DNA from: Fibrobacterota bacterium
GTDB taxonomy: Bacteria > Fibrobacterota > Fibrobacteria > UBA11236
Assembly (NCBI GenBank): GCA_947482115.1
Contig: CANKII010000004.1
Location: forward strand, 133,304 to 197,303
Direction of reading: 5' to 3'
DNA: 64,000 nt
Both the position numbers and the translations under genes were made by a program. Within the stretch, counting starts at the first letter, position 1. Each line of letters starts with the position of its first letter. The notes under the pieces are model-generated. The model was given only the letters and a program-made list of their open reading frames with translations. It was not told where the DNA came from and did no database searches. This document shows, in pieces, positions 18,576 to 29,274 of the stretch.

Positions 18576-19163
18576 TTACGGGTGAATTTTTTCGCTCCTC
18601 GCGAGCATCCCGACAAATTCTTCAATTCGTCTTGTACGTGTCTCCGCCTTTCTCGCGGTATGAATCCGAAATAGAATGGCATAGCGATTCGCGCTGTTCA
18701 ATGTTTCAAAAAACACCTTCGCCTTTTTGTTCTTTTTCAATTCAGATTGAAAATCTTCGGGTACGGTCGATGTACTCTGTGAATCATACGCCGCGTCCCA
18801 TTGGCCGTTCTGTTTCGCGTTTTCAACCGCCTTCAAACCGGCCGGTTTCATGCCCCTCGTTTTGATTAACGCCAAAGCTTTTTCACGATTGATCTTGGAC
18901 CAAATGCTTTTAACACCACGCGGAGTGAACTTTTGCAACCACGTGAATTCATCACAAGATTTTTTCTGGCCATCGATCCAGCCATAACACAAGGCCGTTT
19001 CCAATGCTTCTGGATAAGACACGGATTTCAATCCGGAATCCTTTTTCGCAATTTTCAGCCAAAGTCCGGAGGACTTCGCATGGTTCTTATCCAACCAGGA
19101 GGCCCACGCTTTTGGGGATTTGAATGAGAGTATGGAAATTTCATCGGGAGTTTTCATGATCAC
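18576..19163 (-). CDS. YdeI/OmpD-associated family protein (DUF1801-like)
   Basis: ...GLWLKIAKK...YPEALETALCYGWIDGQKK... family signature. Confidence 0.65.
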   Translation of the reverse strand: MIMKTPDEISILSFKSPKAWASWLDKNHAKSSGLWLKIAKKDSGLKSVSYPEALETALCYGWIDGQKKSCDEFTWLQKFTPRGVKSIWSKINREKALALIKTRGMKPAGLKAVENAKQNGQWDAAYDSQSTSTVPEDFQSELKKNKKAKVFFETLNSANRYAILFRIHTARKAETRTRRIEEFVGMLARSEKIHP

Positions 19164-19187
19164 TCCTTAACGAAAGAAATAAGAAGA

Positions 19188-20168
19188 CTACATCCCCGGA
19201 TGATACTTCTTTAGCAACGGTGTCTTCTCCCGAATAAACTTCAGGATCTCCGCTTCCAACTCCGCGCCACCCTTCGTCTCCTTCACGGAAACCAAAGGCA
19301 AAAATAATGGAGAGTTGAAGAAGGTTCCCAGTGGAATCGGATTCTTGCGGGCAAAAACCAGTTTCACAAAAGCCATCGTTTCTTCCTGCAAACCCTTCGC
19401 TTCATCGCTGCGGCCCGCCTGATGCGCAGCCACAAGCTTCAGGAACAAACGCGAGGCTTCGGCGATGGTGCCGGAGGCGGTGATGACACCGTTTCCGCCC
19501 AATTCCATCATGGCAAAAACACCGTCGTCTTCCCCGCTCACGATGCCAAAGTCCAAACCCTTCGTCTTTTCAATCACCGCAATGGTATCTTCACGATGCT
19601 TGCCAAGATTGCGGAAGTCCACCGCCTGCTTGAGGCCGATGATGTTGCGATCATCCGCGAGGCGAAGAAGCGTCTCCGGTTCCAGATAACTCGCCGTGCG
19701 GGCCGGAACGTTGTACATCACGATCTTCGCGCCGGTTTCGCGCGACAGCGTTTCGTAATGCGCCGCCAAACCCTCTTGCGGAGGATTGTTGTAATAACCG
19801 GTCACGCACAAAACCGCCATGTCGCCGAAGGAGGTGAGAATGGATTGAATCATGTCCACCGATTCGCGCGTGGAATTCGATCCCGCACCGGCGATGACCG
19901 GCACACGACCGTCGATATACTCCACGGCGAAACGGATGAAATCCACATGCTGTTCGGGACTCACCGTGGGACTTTGTCCCGTTGTGCCGATAGGCACAAT
20001 TCCATTCACGCCTTCCGCAATGAGATCATCTATGATCAACTTCGCCTTGGCATAGTCAATGGAATTCCGCAAACGGCGCGGATCATCATGGAGCAACGGC
20101 GTGAAAAGCGCGGGCCAAACGCCGCGCAACTCCGCGCCGGTGGAGATGCTTCTCTGCTTCAAAAACAT
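19188..20168 (-). CDS. dihydrodipicolinate synthase family protein (DapA-like)
   Basis: GVNGIVPIGTTGQSPTVSPEQHVDFIRFAVEY..., DHDPS/NAL family. It is somewhat longer than canonical DapA. Confidence 0.65.
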   Translation of the reverse strand: MFLKQRSISTGAELRGVWPALFTPLLHDDPRRLRNSIDYAKAKLIIDDLIAEGVNGIVPIGTTGQSPTVSPEQHVDFIRFAVEYIDGRVPVIAGAGSNSTRESVDMIQSILTSFGDMAVLCVTGYYNNPPQEGLAAHYETLSRETGAKIVMYNVPARTASYLEPETLLRLADDRNIIGLKQAVDFRNLGKHREDTIAVIEKTKGLDFGIVSGEDDGVFAMMELGGNGVITASGTIAEASRLFLKLVAAHQAGRSDEAKGLQEETMAFVKLVFARKNPIPLGTFFNSPLFLPLVSVKETKGGAELEAEILKFIREKTPLLKKYHPGM

Positions 20169-20169
20169 G

Positions 20170-21540
20170 TCAGCTCTCCGCTGACAGTTCCGGATGCATC
20201 AACTCGGGATACTCTTCCAGAAACTTGGTGGTGTATTTGCCCTGCACGAAAAGGGGATGACGCAAAATGCGCTTGTGCAGAGGGATGGTGGTCTTGACGC
20301 CCTCAATCACAAATTCATCCAGTGCGCGCAACATGCGCGCAATGGCCTGCTCGCGCGTGGGCGCATGCACGATCAACTTGGCGATCATGCTGTCGTAATT
20401 CGGAGGCACCACATAGCCGCCATAACAATGCGTGTCAATGCGTACGCCGGGACCGCCGGGCAGTTGAAACGCGGAAAGCGTACCAGGGCTGGGCCTGAAA
20501 TCATTAAACGGGTCTTCGGCATTGATGCGGCACTCGATGGCGCACCCATCGAAGCGGATGTCCTTCTGCGTAAACGGAAGCTTCTCCCCCGCCGCCACAA
20601 GAATTTGCGCACGCACCAAATCCACTCCGGTCACACATTCCGTCACCGGATGCTCGACCTGAATGCGCGTGTTCATTTCCATGAAGTAGAAGGAGTTGTC
20701 CTTGTCGTACAGAAACTCGATGGTTCCGGCATTGGTGTATCCCGCTTCCAATGCACCGCGCGCGGCAATTTCACCCATGCGCTTGCGAATTTCCGGCGTC
20801 ACTGCAGGGCTGGGACTTTCCTCGATCAATTTTTGATGGCGACGCTGCACGGAGCAATCGCGCTCGCCCAAATGCACCATGTTGCCGAATGCATCGCCGA
20901 TCAGTTGAATCTCCACATGACGCGGTTCGGTGAAATAACGCTCCAGATACAAATCGCCGCGGCCAAAACAGGACAACGCTTCCGCCGTCGCAACTGGATA
21001 AACTTTTTTGAGTTCTTCTTCGGTGTGCGCCACACGCATGCCGCGTCCACCACCACCCGCAGAGGCTTTCACAATAACCGGAAAACCGACTTTCTTCGCG
21101 GCCTTTACTGCGTCCGCCAACGTGAGTACCAAACCTTCGGAACCGGGAATGGTGGGAACCTTGGACTTACGCATGGTGGCCTTGGCTTCGGCCTTGTCCC
21201 CCATGCTGCGAATAACTTCAGGCGAAGGTCCGATGAAGGTCAAACGATTGTCACGGCACATTTCGGCAAAGCGCGCGTTCTCGGACAAAAACCCGTAACC
21301 CGGATGCACGGCATCCGCATTGGTCAGCTCGGCTGCAGAAATAATCTGCTTCATGTCGAGATAGCTTTGCTTGCTGTTCGGCGGACCGATGCAAATATCC
21401 TCATCGGCCTGATGCACGTGCAGGGAATGCGTATCCGCTGTGGAATGCACCGCCACGGTGGCAATGCCCAGTTCCTTGCAGGCGCGGATGACACGGAGCG
21501 CGATTTCGCCGCGATTGGCGATTAGAATTTTCTTAAACAC
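20170..21540 (-). CDS. accC: acetyl-CoA carboxylase biotin carboxylase subunit
   Basis: [26 protein letters not shown]..., ATP-grasp biotin carboxylase of 456 aa. Confidence 0.9.
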   Translation of the reverse strand: MFKKILIANRGEIALRVIRACKELGIATVAVHSTADTHSLHVHQADEDICIGPPNSKQSYLDMKQIISAAELTNADAVHPGYGFLSENARFAEMCRDNRLTFIGPSPEVIRSMGDKAEAKATMRKSKVPTIPGSEGLVLTLADAVKAAKKVGFPVIVKASAGGGGRGMRVAHTEEELKKVYPVATAEALSCFGRGDLYLERYFTEPRHVEIQLIGDAFGNMVHLGERDCSVQRRHQKLIEESPSPAVTPEIRKRMGEIAARGALEAGYTNAGTIEFLYDKDNSFYFMEMNTRIQVEHPVTECVTGVDLVRAQILVAAGEKLPFTQKDIRFDGCAIECRINAEDPFNDFRPSPGTLSAFQLPGGPGVRIDTHCYGGYVVPPNYDSMIAKLIVHAPTREQAIARMLRALDEFVIEGVKTTIPLHKRILRHPLFVQGKYTTKFLEEYPELMHPELSAES

Positions 21541-21555
21541 GGAAACCTCGGCGCT

Positions 21556-22017
21556 TCAAGCCGGACGCACGCGGAAAAGGACGGTTCCATATTCCACGGG
21601 CGTTTCGTTGGCCACGCATACTTCGACAATTTCACCCGAAACGTCGGACTCGATCTCATTCATGATCTTCATCGCTTCGATGACGCAAAGCACCTGACCG
21701 GGCTTGATGTCCGAACCGGCCTTCACAAAGGCGTCCGCCCCGGGAGAGGGACAGGCATAGAAAGTACCCACCATGGGTGAGGTGACTTCCTTGAACTTGG
21801 AACCAGCCGCAGGAGCCTTGTCGGAGGACGCGGGAGCGGCGGGAGCCGCCGCAACCAGAGCGGCTTGTACAGGGGCCTGTGCCGAAATCATCGGCGCGGC
21901 CACCAGATGGGTCTCTTTTTTCAGGATGACGTTCGAAGTCCCGTCATTGAACCGTAATTCAGTCAGTCCGCTTTTATCCAGCAACTCGACCAGTTGCGTC
22001 ACATCGGCAAGCTCCAT
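21556..22017 (-). CDS. accB: acetyl-CoA carboxylase biotin carboxyl carrier protein
   Basis: C-terminal biotinyl domain with EAMKIMNEIE. The start is probably MELADVTQLV... Confidence 0.85.
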   Translation of the reverse strand: MELADVTQLVELLDKSGLTELRFNDGTSNVILKKETHLVAAPMISAQAPVQAALVAAAPAAPASSDKAPAAGSKFKEVTSPMVGTFYACPSPGADAFVKAGSDIKPGQVLCVIEAMKIMNEIESDVSGEIVEVCVANETPVEYGTVLFRVRPA

Positions 22018-22033
22018 AATATTTTCCTTCCGG

Positions 22034-22753
22034 TTACCTTCCGCCCACGGAGAATTCAATCTCCTCAAGCCGTTTTTTCACCGTTTCATTGTCCGGTTGC
22101 CGCTCAAGAAGGCGGCGATAAATCTGCGCAGCCTGTTCCTTCAGGCCTTGTTGGAAATATATCTCGGCCAAGGTAACAGTGGCAATGTTCGGAACCGCCC
22201 CATCCTCTTCAATTTCGTCCTGTTCGAGGTCTTCATCCGCGATTTTTGAAGCGAATGAAGGTTCCGCTTTCGGAGACATCTTCGGAAGTGCATCCGCCAG
22301 ATGATCCACGCGCACTCTCGGTGAAGATTTTTCTTCCTGAACCGGCGTTTCAACTGGAATGACGATACGGCGGCTGGCCGTTTGAAATTCTTCGTCCCAA
22401 GGTTCCTGGGTGGTGAGTATCGCGAGATGACGCGAGCGCTCGCCGGGATTGTGCTCGGCTTCCGCAATCATCGCCAGCAGATTGTGAGCGGCAGGGCAGC
22501 GATTGTCCAGACTCAGGGCATTTTCCAGCACCGTTTTGGCTTCCGAAAGCCGCCCCATTTCCTGATAAACTCGAGCCATTACGAGAAAACCCGTGATGAA
22601 GTCAGGATGATGCTTGAGGCCTTCCGTCAGAACGCGCAGGGCATCGGCCGCGCGTTCTTCACGCAACAGGGCATCGGCACGGCGCGCAAACGCGAGACTT
22701 CCCTCGTCGGGAAACTTTCGCGCCAGCCCCCCGGATGCGTAATGAATGCTCAT
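22034..22753 (-). CDS. TPR repeat protein
   Basis: Tetratricopeptide-like helical repeats (ARVYQEMGRLSEAKTVLENALSLD...). Confidence 0.55.
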   Translation of the reverse strand: MSIHYASGGLARKFPDEGSLAFARRADALLREERAADALRVLTEGLKHHPDFITGFLVMARVYQEMGRLSEAKTVLENALSLDNRCPAAHNLLAMIAEAEHNPGERSRHLAILTTQEPWDEEFQTASRRIVIPVETPVQEEKSSPRVRVDHLADALPKMSPKAEPSFASKIADEDLEQDEIEEDGAVPNIATVTLAEIYFQQGLKEQAAQIYRRLLERQPDNETVKKRLEEIEFSVGGR

Positions 22754-22782
22754 GATTTCACCTGAAAAACCTGCGAATCAAT

Positions 22783-23040
22783 TTAGCCCAGACCTTCAAC
22801 CGGAATAGCCTCGTCAATGAGCATGATGGGAATGTCCTCGCGAATGGGGTACAGGAATTTTTTGTCGGCGCGCAAAAGACCCGCTTCCATTTTTTCCTTC
22901 ACCGTTTCACCGCCGCGATTCTTGAGGCTTCCCGCTTCCGTGCGGCGGTTCAACTCGTCAATCATTCCCGAAGCAGCCAAAACCAAATCCTGTTTGGTTT
23001 CGGGACAACAAAGAATTTCCAAAAGCCTGGCGTCCACCAT
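22783..23040 (-). CDS. Trm112-family (UPF0434) small protein
   Basis: LLEILCCPETKQDL... zinc-ribbon-like Trm112 motif, 85 aa. Confidence 0.65.
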   Translation of the reverse strand: MVDARLLEILCCPETKQDLVLAASGMIDELNRRTEAGSLKNRGGETVKEKMEAGLLRADKKFLYPIREDIPIMLIDEAIPVEGLG

Positions 23041-23054
23041 TTTAGTTTCCTCTT

Positions 23055-24020
23055 TTATTTCTTCGGTTCGTTTTCAGAGTACTGGGCCATGTCGGCATAT
23101 TTATCGAGGCGTTTTTCAACCAGCTTTTCGATGTCGATGCCCTGAAGCAATTCCAGTTCCTCGGTCAATACGCTTCGCATCATTTCGCACATCGCTTCGG
23201 GGTCCCAATGTGCGCCGCCCAATGGCTCCTTCACGATGCGATCCACCACTTTCAAAGCCTTCAAATCCGTGGCGGTGATTTTCATGGTGCCGCTCAAGTC
23301 CTGTTTCTTGGTGCTGTCACCCCATAAAATGGCGCTGCACGACTCGGGAGAAATAACGCCGAACCATGCGTTCTCCAGCATCAAAAGGCGATCTCCAACA
23401 CCGATGCCCAAGGCACCGCCGCTGGCACCCTCGCCGATCACCACCACCAGAATGGGCGTTTTCAGCAGGGCCATCTCCATGAGATTGTACGCAATGGCTT
23501 CAGCCTGTCCACGCTCTTCCGCTCCCACACCGGGATAGGCTCCCGGAGTGTCGATAAAGGCTATGACAGGCAAACTGAACTTCTCGGCCAGTTTCATGCA
23601 ACGCATGGCTTTCCGATAACCTTCGGGATGCGCCATGCCGAAATTGCGGCGGATGCTTTCCTTGGTATCCCGCCCCTTTTGATGGCCCATGACCACCACG
23701 CTTTGTCCACCCAAACGGGCAATGCCGGTGACCAAAGCCGCGTCGTCTCCATAGCGGCGATCGCCATGAAGTTCGACAAAATCAGTAAAAAGACTCTGGA
23801 TGTAATCGAGCGTATAAGGCCTGCCCGGACGGCGCGCAAGCTCGACGCGATTCCACGCCGTCAGCTTGTTGGCGATCTTGCGCTGCAGAGCCTCTTTTTT
23901 TGCAATGAGATCTTCGACATCCGAATTGGTGATTTCACCCGTCTTGAGCAAGTCCTCGATTTTCATCGCCAGTTCGACGACCGGCTGCTCAAATTCGAGG
24001 TGAGGTCCCTTGGGTATCAT
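23055..24020 (-). CDS. accA: acetyl-CoA carboxylase carboxyltransferase alpha subunit
   Basis: ...[26 protein letters not shown]..., AccA signature. Confidence 0.9.
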   Translation of the reverse strand: MIPKGPHLEFEQPVVELAMKIEDLLKTGEITNSDVEDLIAKKEALQRKIANKLTAWNRVELARRPGRPYTLDYIQSLFTDFVELHGDRRYGDDAALVTGIARLGGQSVVVMGHQKGRDTKESIRRNFGMAHPEGYRKAMRCMKLAEKFSLPVIAFIDTPGAYPGVGAEERGQAEAIAYNLMEMALLKTPILVVVIGEGASGGALGIGVGDRLLMLENAWFGVISPESCSAILWGDSTKKQDLSGTMKITATDLKALKVVDRIVKEPLGGAHWDPEAMCEMMRSVLTEELELLQGIDIEKLVEKRLDKYADMAQYSENEPKK

Positions 24021-24101
24021 ATGGAGCGACTTTCCTTTTCAGCGTTAAAAATGCAAACCTGCGGGCTTTTCCCGGTGGCAATTATACCCCGGAAAACCGC
24101 C

Positions 24102-25709
24102 CTATTTTGCGAAATTCAGGTCAATCAGGGAATAAGAATCGGGTTGCGGAGGGCCGACCAACATTTTGACTTCAAGATTTCCCGTTCCATGTCCGGCAAT
24201 CACCTGAAGCGCGGTGGGATAGGTTCCCTCTTCAAGGGCGATAATCACCGCCTGAAGATCCAGCTTGCGCGCCAGACTGGGCAAACTTTCCAAATCCCCG
24301 ATCACATTGGCGCGCACCTCCTGCGGCAGCGGACCTTGGGGAAAATGAATGAAGCCCACGAATTCATATCCCTCCAGATTTTCGCTTTGAATCAATTCCG
24401 CCAAAGCCCTCGCGCGATCCGCCGTTCCCAAAATGGCGACGCGTTTGATTCCACCCATGATCTTGCGCCAGAAGCGGCCACCGTGGTCTGCAGCCGTGCG
24501 CCAACCCAATAACAATGCCACGCTGGCAACAGCAGCCAGAAGAAAAACAATGCGTGAATAGGCCCGCTCTTTCATGAAAAAACTGAAGGAAAAGAAGGCC
24601 AGAAAAGACATGCTGACCGAAAGCAAAACCGTGCGCGAACGAACCACGGCCCGGCCATATTCTCCCGCATAAGCCAGCGGCAACAGCACGGCAAACGATG
24701 CCAGCGCGTGCCAGAAAAGATAGAGGCCCGGATCCACGGAAAACATGAAGGCCTGACCCATGGCGCGCTCATAGACATAGGTCACGACAAAGAAAACCGC
24801 GTTGACAATGAGAATGTCCGCCGACCAGCGAGGCCATTTCTGAAACCGGGATGAGATGAATTTCCCCAAAGCCATCAGCAGGATTCCGGCATTCAACAGG
24901 ATGGATGGAAGCGTGCGCAACTCCAAGTGTTTTTTGGAAAAGATCACCATGGCTTCATGGAAATCCAGAAAAGAACCGAGAGGACGGCTTTTGGCGCTCT
25001 CCCCCTTGAAGTGAATCACCTGGGTTTGCGGATGGTAATAATTGCGCTTCCCGCGCAACTTGACCCGGAAGCAAAGATCCAGATCCTCCCCGTACATGAA
25101 AAAATCCTCGTCAAAGCCACCCAACTCACGAAACAATTCCGTGCGAATGGACAGGAAGGACCCGGAAACCGCATCCACTTCATGCGTCTCATTCTCATCC
25201 AGATAAGTCAGATTGTACCGGCCAAAAACGCGGCTCTTGGGAAACAGACTTCCCAACCCGATCAACTTGAAGGCCGCCACCTGCGGCGACGGAAAACTGC
25301 GCTTGCAGGCCAGTTGCAAGCTGCCGTCGCGATTCACGATTTTACAACCCACCGCGCCGGCATCATCACGACCCTGAAAAAAATCCCACAGAACCTGGAA
25401 GGTGTCTTCGCGCACCAAGGTGTCGGGATTGAGAAAAAGCAACAGCTCCTTCGTAGCCACGGCGGCGCCACGATTGCATCCCGAACCGAAACCCAGATTG
25501 CGATCCGAGGAGATCCACACTGCCCCCGGCCAGCGGGGTTTCAAAAGGGACACCGTGGCGTCACGGGAATCGTTGTCAAAAACAATGACTTCCAGCGCTC
25601 CGGAAAAGTGCGCGGCGGCATGGTAAACGCTTTGCAAACAGGCGTCCAGCACCTCGCGTACGTTATAAGAAACGATGACGACGGAAATGCCGCGTCCCGC
25701 TTCAATCAC
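24102..25709 (-). CDS. GT2 glycosyltransferase fused to a polytopic membrane region and a C-terminal CoA-binding-like Rossmann domain
   Basis: N-terminal VVIVSYNVREVLDACLQS...DNDSRD (GT-A, DxD), then about 5 TM helices, then a C-terminal ...VAILGTADRARALAELIQ...GYEFVGFI... resembling the CoA_binding_3 domain of polyprenyl glycosylphosphotransferases. Confidence 0.65.
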   Translation of the reverse strand: MIEAGRGISVVIVSYNVREVLDACLQSVYHAAAHFSGALEVIVFDNDSRDATVSLLKPRWPGAVWISSDRNLGFGSGCNRGAAVATKELLLFLNPDTLVREDTFQVLWDFFQGRDDAGAVGCKIVNRDGSLQLACKRSFPSPQVAAFKLIGLGSLFPKSRVFGRYNLTYLDENETHEVDAVSGSFLSIRTELFRELGGFDEDFFMYGEDLDLCFRVKLRGKRNYYHPQTQVIHFKGESAKSRPLGSFLDFHEAMVIFSKKHLELRTLPSILLNAGILLMALGKFISSRFQKWPRWSADILIVNAVFFVVTYVYERAMGQAFMFSVDPGLYLFWHALASFAVLLPLAYAGEYGRAVVRSRTVLLSVSMSFLAFFSFSFFMKERAYSRIVFLLAAVASVALLLGWRTAADHGGRFWRKIMGGIKRVAILGTADRARALAELIQSENLEGYEFVGFIHFPQGPLPQEVRANVIGDLESLPSLARKLDLQAVIIALEEGTYPTALQVIAGHGTGNLEVKMLVGPPQPDSYSLIDLNFAK

Positions 25710-26416
25710 CGATCGCCTCCAAAGCGAATGCGAATGATGAGCAACAGGGCCTCGCGAATAATCTTGCTCGACATTTTGGAAACACCGGCCACCCGATCCC
25801 GGAAGAGAATGGGAATCTCAACGATGCGGCAGCCCCGTTTCCACAGCTTGTAGTTCACTTCGATCTGAAAGGAATACCCGTCGGAATGAACGCGATCCAA
25901 GTCCAGTTTCCTCAATGCCTCGGCCCTGAAGCATTTGAATCCGCCGGTGACATCGCGTAAAGGAAGTCCGGTGACCCAACGTGCGTACATGTTGGCAAAA
26001 TAGCTGAGCAACAACCGGCTCATGGGCCAGTTCACCACGGTGACACCGTGGATATAACGGCTGCCGAGCACCAAATCACAATCCTGAATGGTGGTCAGAA
26101 ATTCCCGGATGTAAACGGGATCGTGGGAAAAATCCGAATCCATTTCAAAGATGTATTCATAACCACGGGCCAGCGCGAAGCGGAAACCCTCCACATAAGC
26201 CGAACCCAAACCCAGTTTACCCGTGCGTTGAATGAGATGAAGGTGCGGACGGTTTTTCTGTTCCTCTTTCACCCAATTTCCGGTTCCGTCGGGGGAATTG
26301 TCGTCCACAACCAGTATTTCGAGGCCGAGATTCAATGCTTCCAATGCCGCCAGCATTTTCGGAAAGTTTTCCATCTCGTTGTAGGTGGGCATGACGATCA
26401 GAATTTTCGGGGGCAT
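25706..26416 (-). CDS. GT2 polyprenol-phosphate sugar synthase (DPM1/GtrB-like)
   Basis: ILIVMPTYNEMENFPKMLAAL...VVDDNSPDGTG... The start is probably MPPKILIV, adjacent to the rmlD-like stop. Confidence 0.7.
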   Translation of the reverse strand: MPPKILIVMPTYNEMENFPKMLAALEALNLGLEILVVDDNSPDGTGNWVKEEQKNRPHLHLIQRTGKLGLGSAYVEGFRFALARGYEYIFEMDSDFSHDPVYIREFLTTIQDCDLVLGSRYIHGVTVVNWPMSRLLLSYFANMYARWVTGLPLRDVTGGFKCFRAEALRKLDLDRVHSDGYSFQIEVNYKLWKRGCRIVEIPILFRDRVAGVSKMSSKIIREALLLIIRIRFGGDR

Positions 26417-26417
26417 G

Positions 26418-27302
26418 TTAACGGGCCCTTTCATCACGGAGCCATTCCAGTTGCGCCTGCAATCCACGCAACTTTATGCCCGTGTCGCGCAGAAGTTTGT
26501 CGCTACGCAGACCGGATTTCAGCGGACGCTCCGCATCCTGTTTCAAATCCGCCGTGACGGCAGTCTGTATGAGCGATGCATTAAAACCGTAAAAGGCGGC
26601 GACGGCGACCGCCCAATCGAAACGACTCATCCAGTCCTCACCAGCGGCGTGATAAATTCCGGATCGTTTGTTCTCCATCAAAGCCCAAATGGCCAGAGCC
26701 AAATCATAGGCCAGGGTGGGATTCCCCCATTGATCGGTCACAATGCGGACCGATTTTTCAGCGGCAAGACTCTCCTGCACAAAATCTGTGAAACTTTTTT
26801 TGGCGCCTTTTCCCAATCCCCACAACAACAAAGTGCGCACCACCAAAGAATGGGGGGAACCTTGCAATGTCAGGGCCTCCGATTCCAGTTTCGCGCGACC
26901 ATAATGACTTAGGGGATGGACCGGATCGTTCTCGGAATAAGGTCCCGACACGCCGTCGAAGACGTAGTCGGTGGAAACCTGAACCAGCGGGATTCCCGTA
27001 GCCGCCATCCAACCCACCACGTCGCGGTTGATGCGATCATTGAGTTCCGGATTGCGCTCACAACCATCCACATCCGTAATCGCTGCGGCATTGATGATAA
27101 AATCAGGGGCGATTTTTTGAATCGCCTCAATCAATGCTTCACGATTTCCCAAATCAACCGGATGATATTGCGAAAGAAATTCCGGCAGTGCGGATTCAGG
27201 CTCTATACCCAATCCCACCATTTCAAGATCCTTACGCCCTGTTCCCGTGCGCAAAAGATTCTGACCCAGAAGGCCGTTGCAACCCGTGATCAAAACCTTC
27301 AC
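26418..27302 (-). CDS. dTDP-4-dehydrorhamnose reductase-like NAD(P)-dependent reductase/epimerase
   Basis: MKVLITGCNGLLGQNL... Rossmann fold of RmlD-like length (294 aa). Confidence 0.7.
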   Translation of the reverse strand: MKVLITGCNGLLGQNLLRTGTGRKDLEMVGLGIEPESALPEFLSQYHPVDLGNREALIEAIQKIAPDFIINAAAITDVDGCERNPELNDRINRDVVGWMAATGIPLVQVSTDYVFDGVSGPYSENDPVHPLSHYGRAKLESEALTLQGSPHSLVVRTLLLWGLGKGAKKSFTDFVQESLAAEKSVRIVTDQWGNPTLAYDLALAIWALMENKRSGIYHAAGEDWMSRFDWAVAVAAFYGFNASLIQTAVTADLKQDAERPLKSGLRSDKLLRDTGIKLRGLQAQLEWLRDERAR

Positions 27303-28249
27303 GTGGCGCTTTCGCCGGGACAGCCCTCGGTCACCGCCGCAAGCGGAGGTGGAGCCGCAGGCGCAAAACGGGCATTGATCATTTCACCCAGCAGCCCGAT
27401 AGAGATGAATTGCACGCCCAACAGCATGGAGGATGCAGCCGCCACCATCAAAGGACGAAGATGCAACTGCCCGCTAAACGCCCAGCTCGCGGCAAAACCC
27501 AACAACACCAAAAAGCCCAGCACAAAGAAAAACAGTCCCACAAATCCGAACAAATGCAATGGACGGCGCGTGTAACGGTGCAGAAAAACCAAGGTGATGA
27601 GATCAAACAGGCCGTTGGTCAAACGCGCCCATCCATACTTGGATTGGCCGAATTTTCGCGCGCGATGTTCCACCGGTTTCTCGGTAATATGACGGAACCC
27701 ATTCCAATGCGCCAACACGGGGATATAGCGGTGCAACTCCCCGTACAACTCGATGCTTTTCACCACTTCGGAACGGTAGGCTTTCAATCCGCAGTTGAAA
27801 TCATGCAACCGGATTCCGGCCACCGAACCTGTCACGGCGTTGAACAAACGCGAAGGGAGGGTCTTATGCCACGGATCGTGCCGCACTTTTTTCCACCCGG
27901 AAACCAGATCCGCCCCGTCTTCCAGCATCTTGATCAAGGCCGGAATCTCTGCGGGATTGTCCTGAAGATCGGCGTCCATTGTGATGACGTAACGGCCCTG
28001 TGCTCGGCGAAAGCCTTCAGCCAATGCCGCAGCCTTGCCGGAGTTGCGGCGGAAACGCAGGGCGTGGATGCGGGCGTCCATCGCATGAGCTTCGCTTGCT
28101 TTTTCAAACGTCCTGTCGTTACTGCCGTCGTCGATGATCAACACTTCGAAATCGATGCGCTCCCGATCACACACCGTGCGAATTTCCTCCATGAGGGGGG
28201 AAATGCTTTCCTCTTCGTTAAATGCGGGGATGATGATGGAAAGCTGCAT
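27299..28249 (-). CDS. GT2 polyprenyl-phosphate glycosyltransferase (ArnC-like) with two C-terminal TM helices
   Basis: MQLSIIIPAFNEEESISPLMEEI...LIIDDGSNDRT... plus a hydrophobic C-terminus. Confidence 0.75.
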   Translation of the reverse strand: MQLSIIIPAFNEEESISPLMEEIRTVCDRERIDFEVLIIDDGSNDRTFEKASEAHAMDARIHALRFRRNSGKAAALAEGFRRAQGRYVITMDADLQDNPAEIPALIKMLEDGADLVSGWKKVRHDPWHKTLPSRLFNAVTGSVAGIRLHDFNCGLKAYRSEVVKSIELYGELHRYIPVLAHWNGFRHITEKPVEHRARKFGQSKYGWARLTNGLFDLITLVFLHRYTRRPLHLFGFVGLFFFVLGFLVLLGFAASWAFSGQLHLRPLMVAAASSMLLGVQFISIGLLGEMINARFAPAAPPPLAAVTEGCPGESAT

Positions 28250-29274
28250 TAGGTTTTATTCCTGGGTGGAGCGGAAGACCGAAATACAAAGTAAAATCCC
28301 CCTCCCAGCATCACAACCATGCCGATCACCGTGGGGAGAAAGGCCAGCGCGGCGGCGGCGGAACGGGTATCGAAACCTACCGTAGCGGACATGGCAAAAA
28401 CACCGGGCAAAGCGTAGAGATACGCACCCAAACCCTGCGGCAAACCCCATCCCCCCACATTGAGAGGCAACACAGCCACCAGCGCAATCAGGGGAACAAA
28501 GGAAAAGAACAGCGTGGGCGCGAGGGTAAGGTGCAAAGCCCAGGCGCTGAAGGCATGAACCGCCACACGCAGAAATTGCACCAAACAGGCCAAAATGAAC
28601 ATATAACCCATGCTTCCCCACCGTGTTTTATAGGCGTCAAGGGAGTTCTGAATTTTGGCATAGGTTGCATCCAATTTTTTTAAACCCACCGTGCGAATGA
28701 TCGCATGGAGCGCTTTGGAAACCCTGCGACTGAGAAGGGGAAGCAACAACAGCAGAAAACTCAACGACACCAGCCCCACAGTCCACAAAAGCCGGTACAA
28801 AAGGCTTTGAGGAAGTTGGTTCTTATGAAATTCATACGCCAGCGCCAGCAGGGACAAAAAAGCCAAGGCACTAAAACCCAACAGACGATCCAGCAAGGTC
28901 GCTGCCGCAGCTTTCCCCACTCCGGTGGCCTCGCTTCGATGTACATCCCAGACGCGCAAAGCGTCGCCCCCCACCGTTCCCGGCAGAAAATTGTTCAGAA
29001 ACAGACCCGAGTAATAGGAACGAAAACACGCGCGATAGGCATATCCGATTCCCTGTAGTTTCAAAAGCAAATGCCACTGATAGGCTCCGGCGAGAATCGA
29101 AAGAAAAAAACACAAGGCGGCCGCCAGAGTCCAACCGGGACTGGCATTTGCCAGCGCCTGCAAAATCCGTCCGCGACCGCTGCGCTCCACCACCCAATAC
29201 AGCATGGCTGCAGCCAGCAGCAACCGTACCCATGCCCAGGGAGAAAGGGCGGGAAGTTTAAACTTTCCGGCCAT
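28249..29274 (-). CDS. flippase-like membrane protein (lysylphosphatidylglycerol-synthase TM-domain family, TIGR00374-like)
   Basis: Polytopic with ...NNFLPGTVGGDALRVWDV... The true start is probably MAGKFKLPALSP at 29274 (SD GAGGAAAG), and the listed ORF is extended by 84 aa. Confidence 0.6.
   Translation of the reverse strand: MAGKFKLPALSPWAWVRLLLAAAMLYWVVERSGRGRILQALANASPGWTLAAALCFFLSILAGAYQWHLLLKLQGIGYAYRACFRSYYSGLFLNNFLPGTVGGDALRVWDVHRSEATGVGKAAAATLLDRLLGFSALAFLSLLALAYEFHKNQLPQSLLYRLLWTVGLVSLSFLLLLLPLLSRRVSKALHAIIRTVGLKKLDATYAKIQNSLDAYKTRWGSMGYMFILACLVQFLRVAVHAFSAWALHLTLAPTLFFSFVPLIALVAVLPLNVGGWGLPQGLGAYLYALPGVFAMSATVGFDTRSAAAALAFLPTVIGMVVMLGGGFYFVFRSSAPPRNKT

Noticed and set aside
20194-21525. 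443-aa plus-strand ORF
   Set aside because: Antisense shadow of accC.
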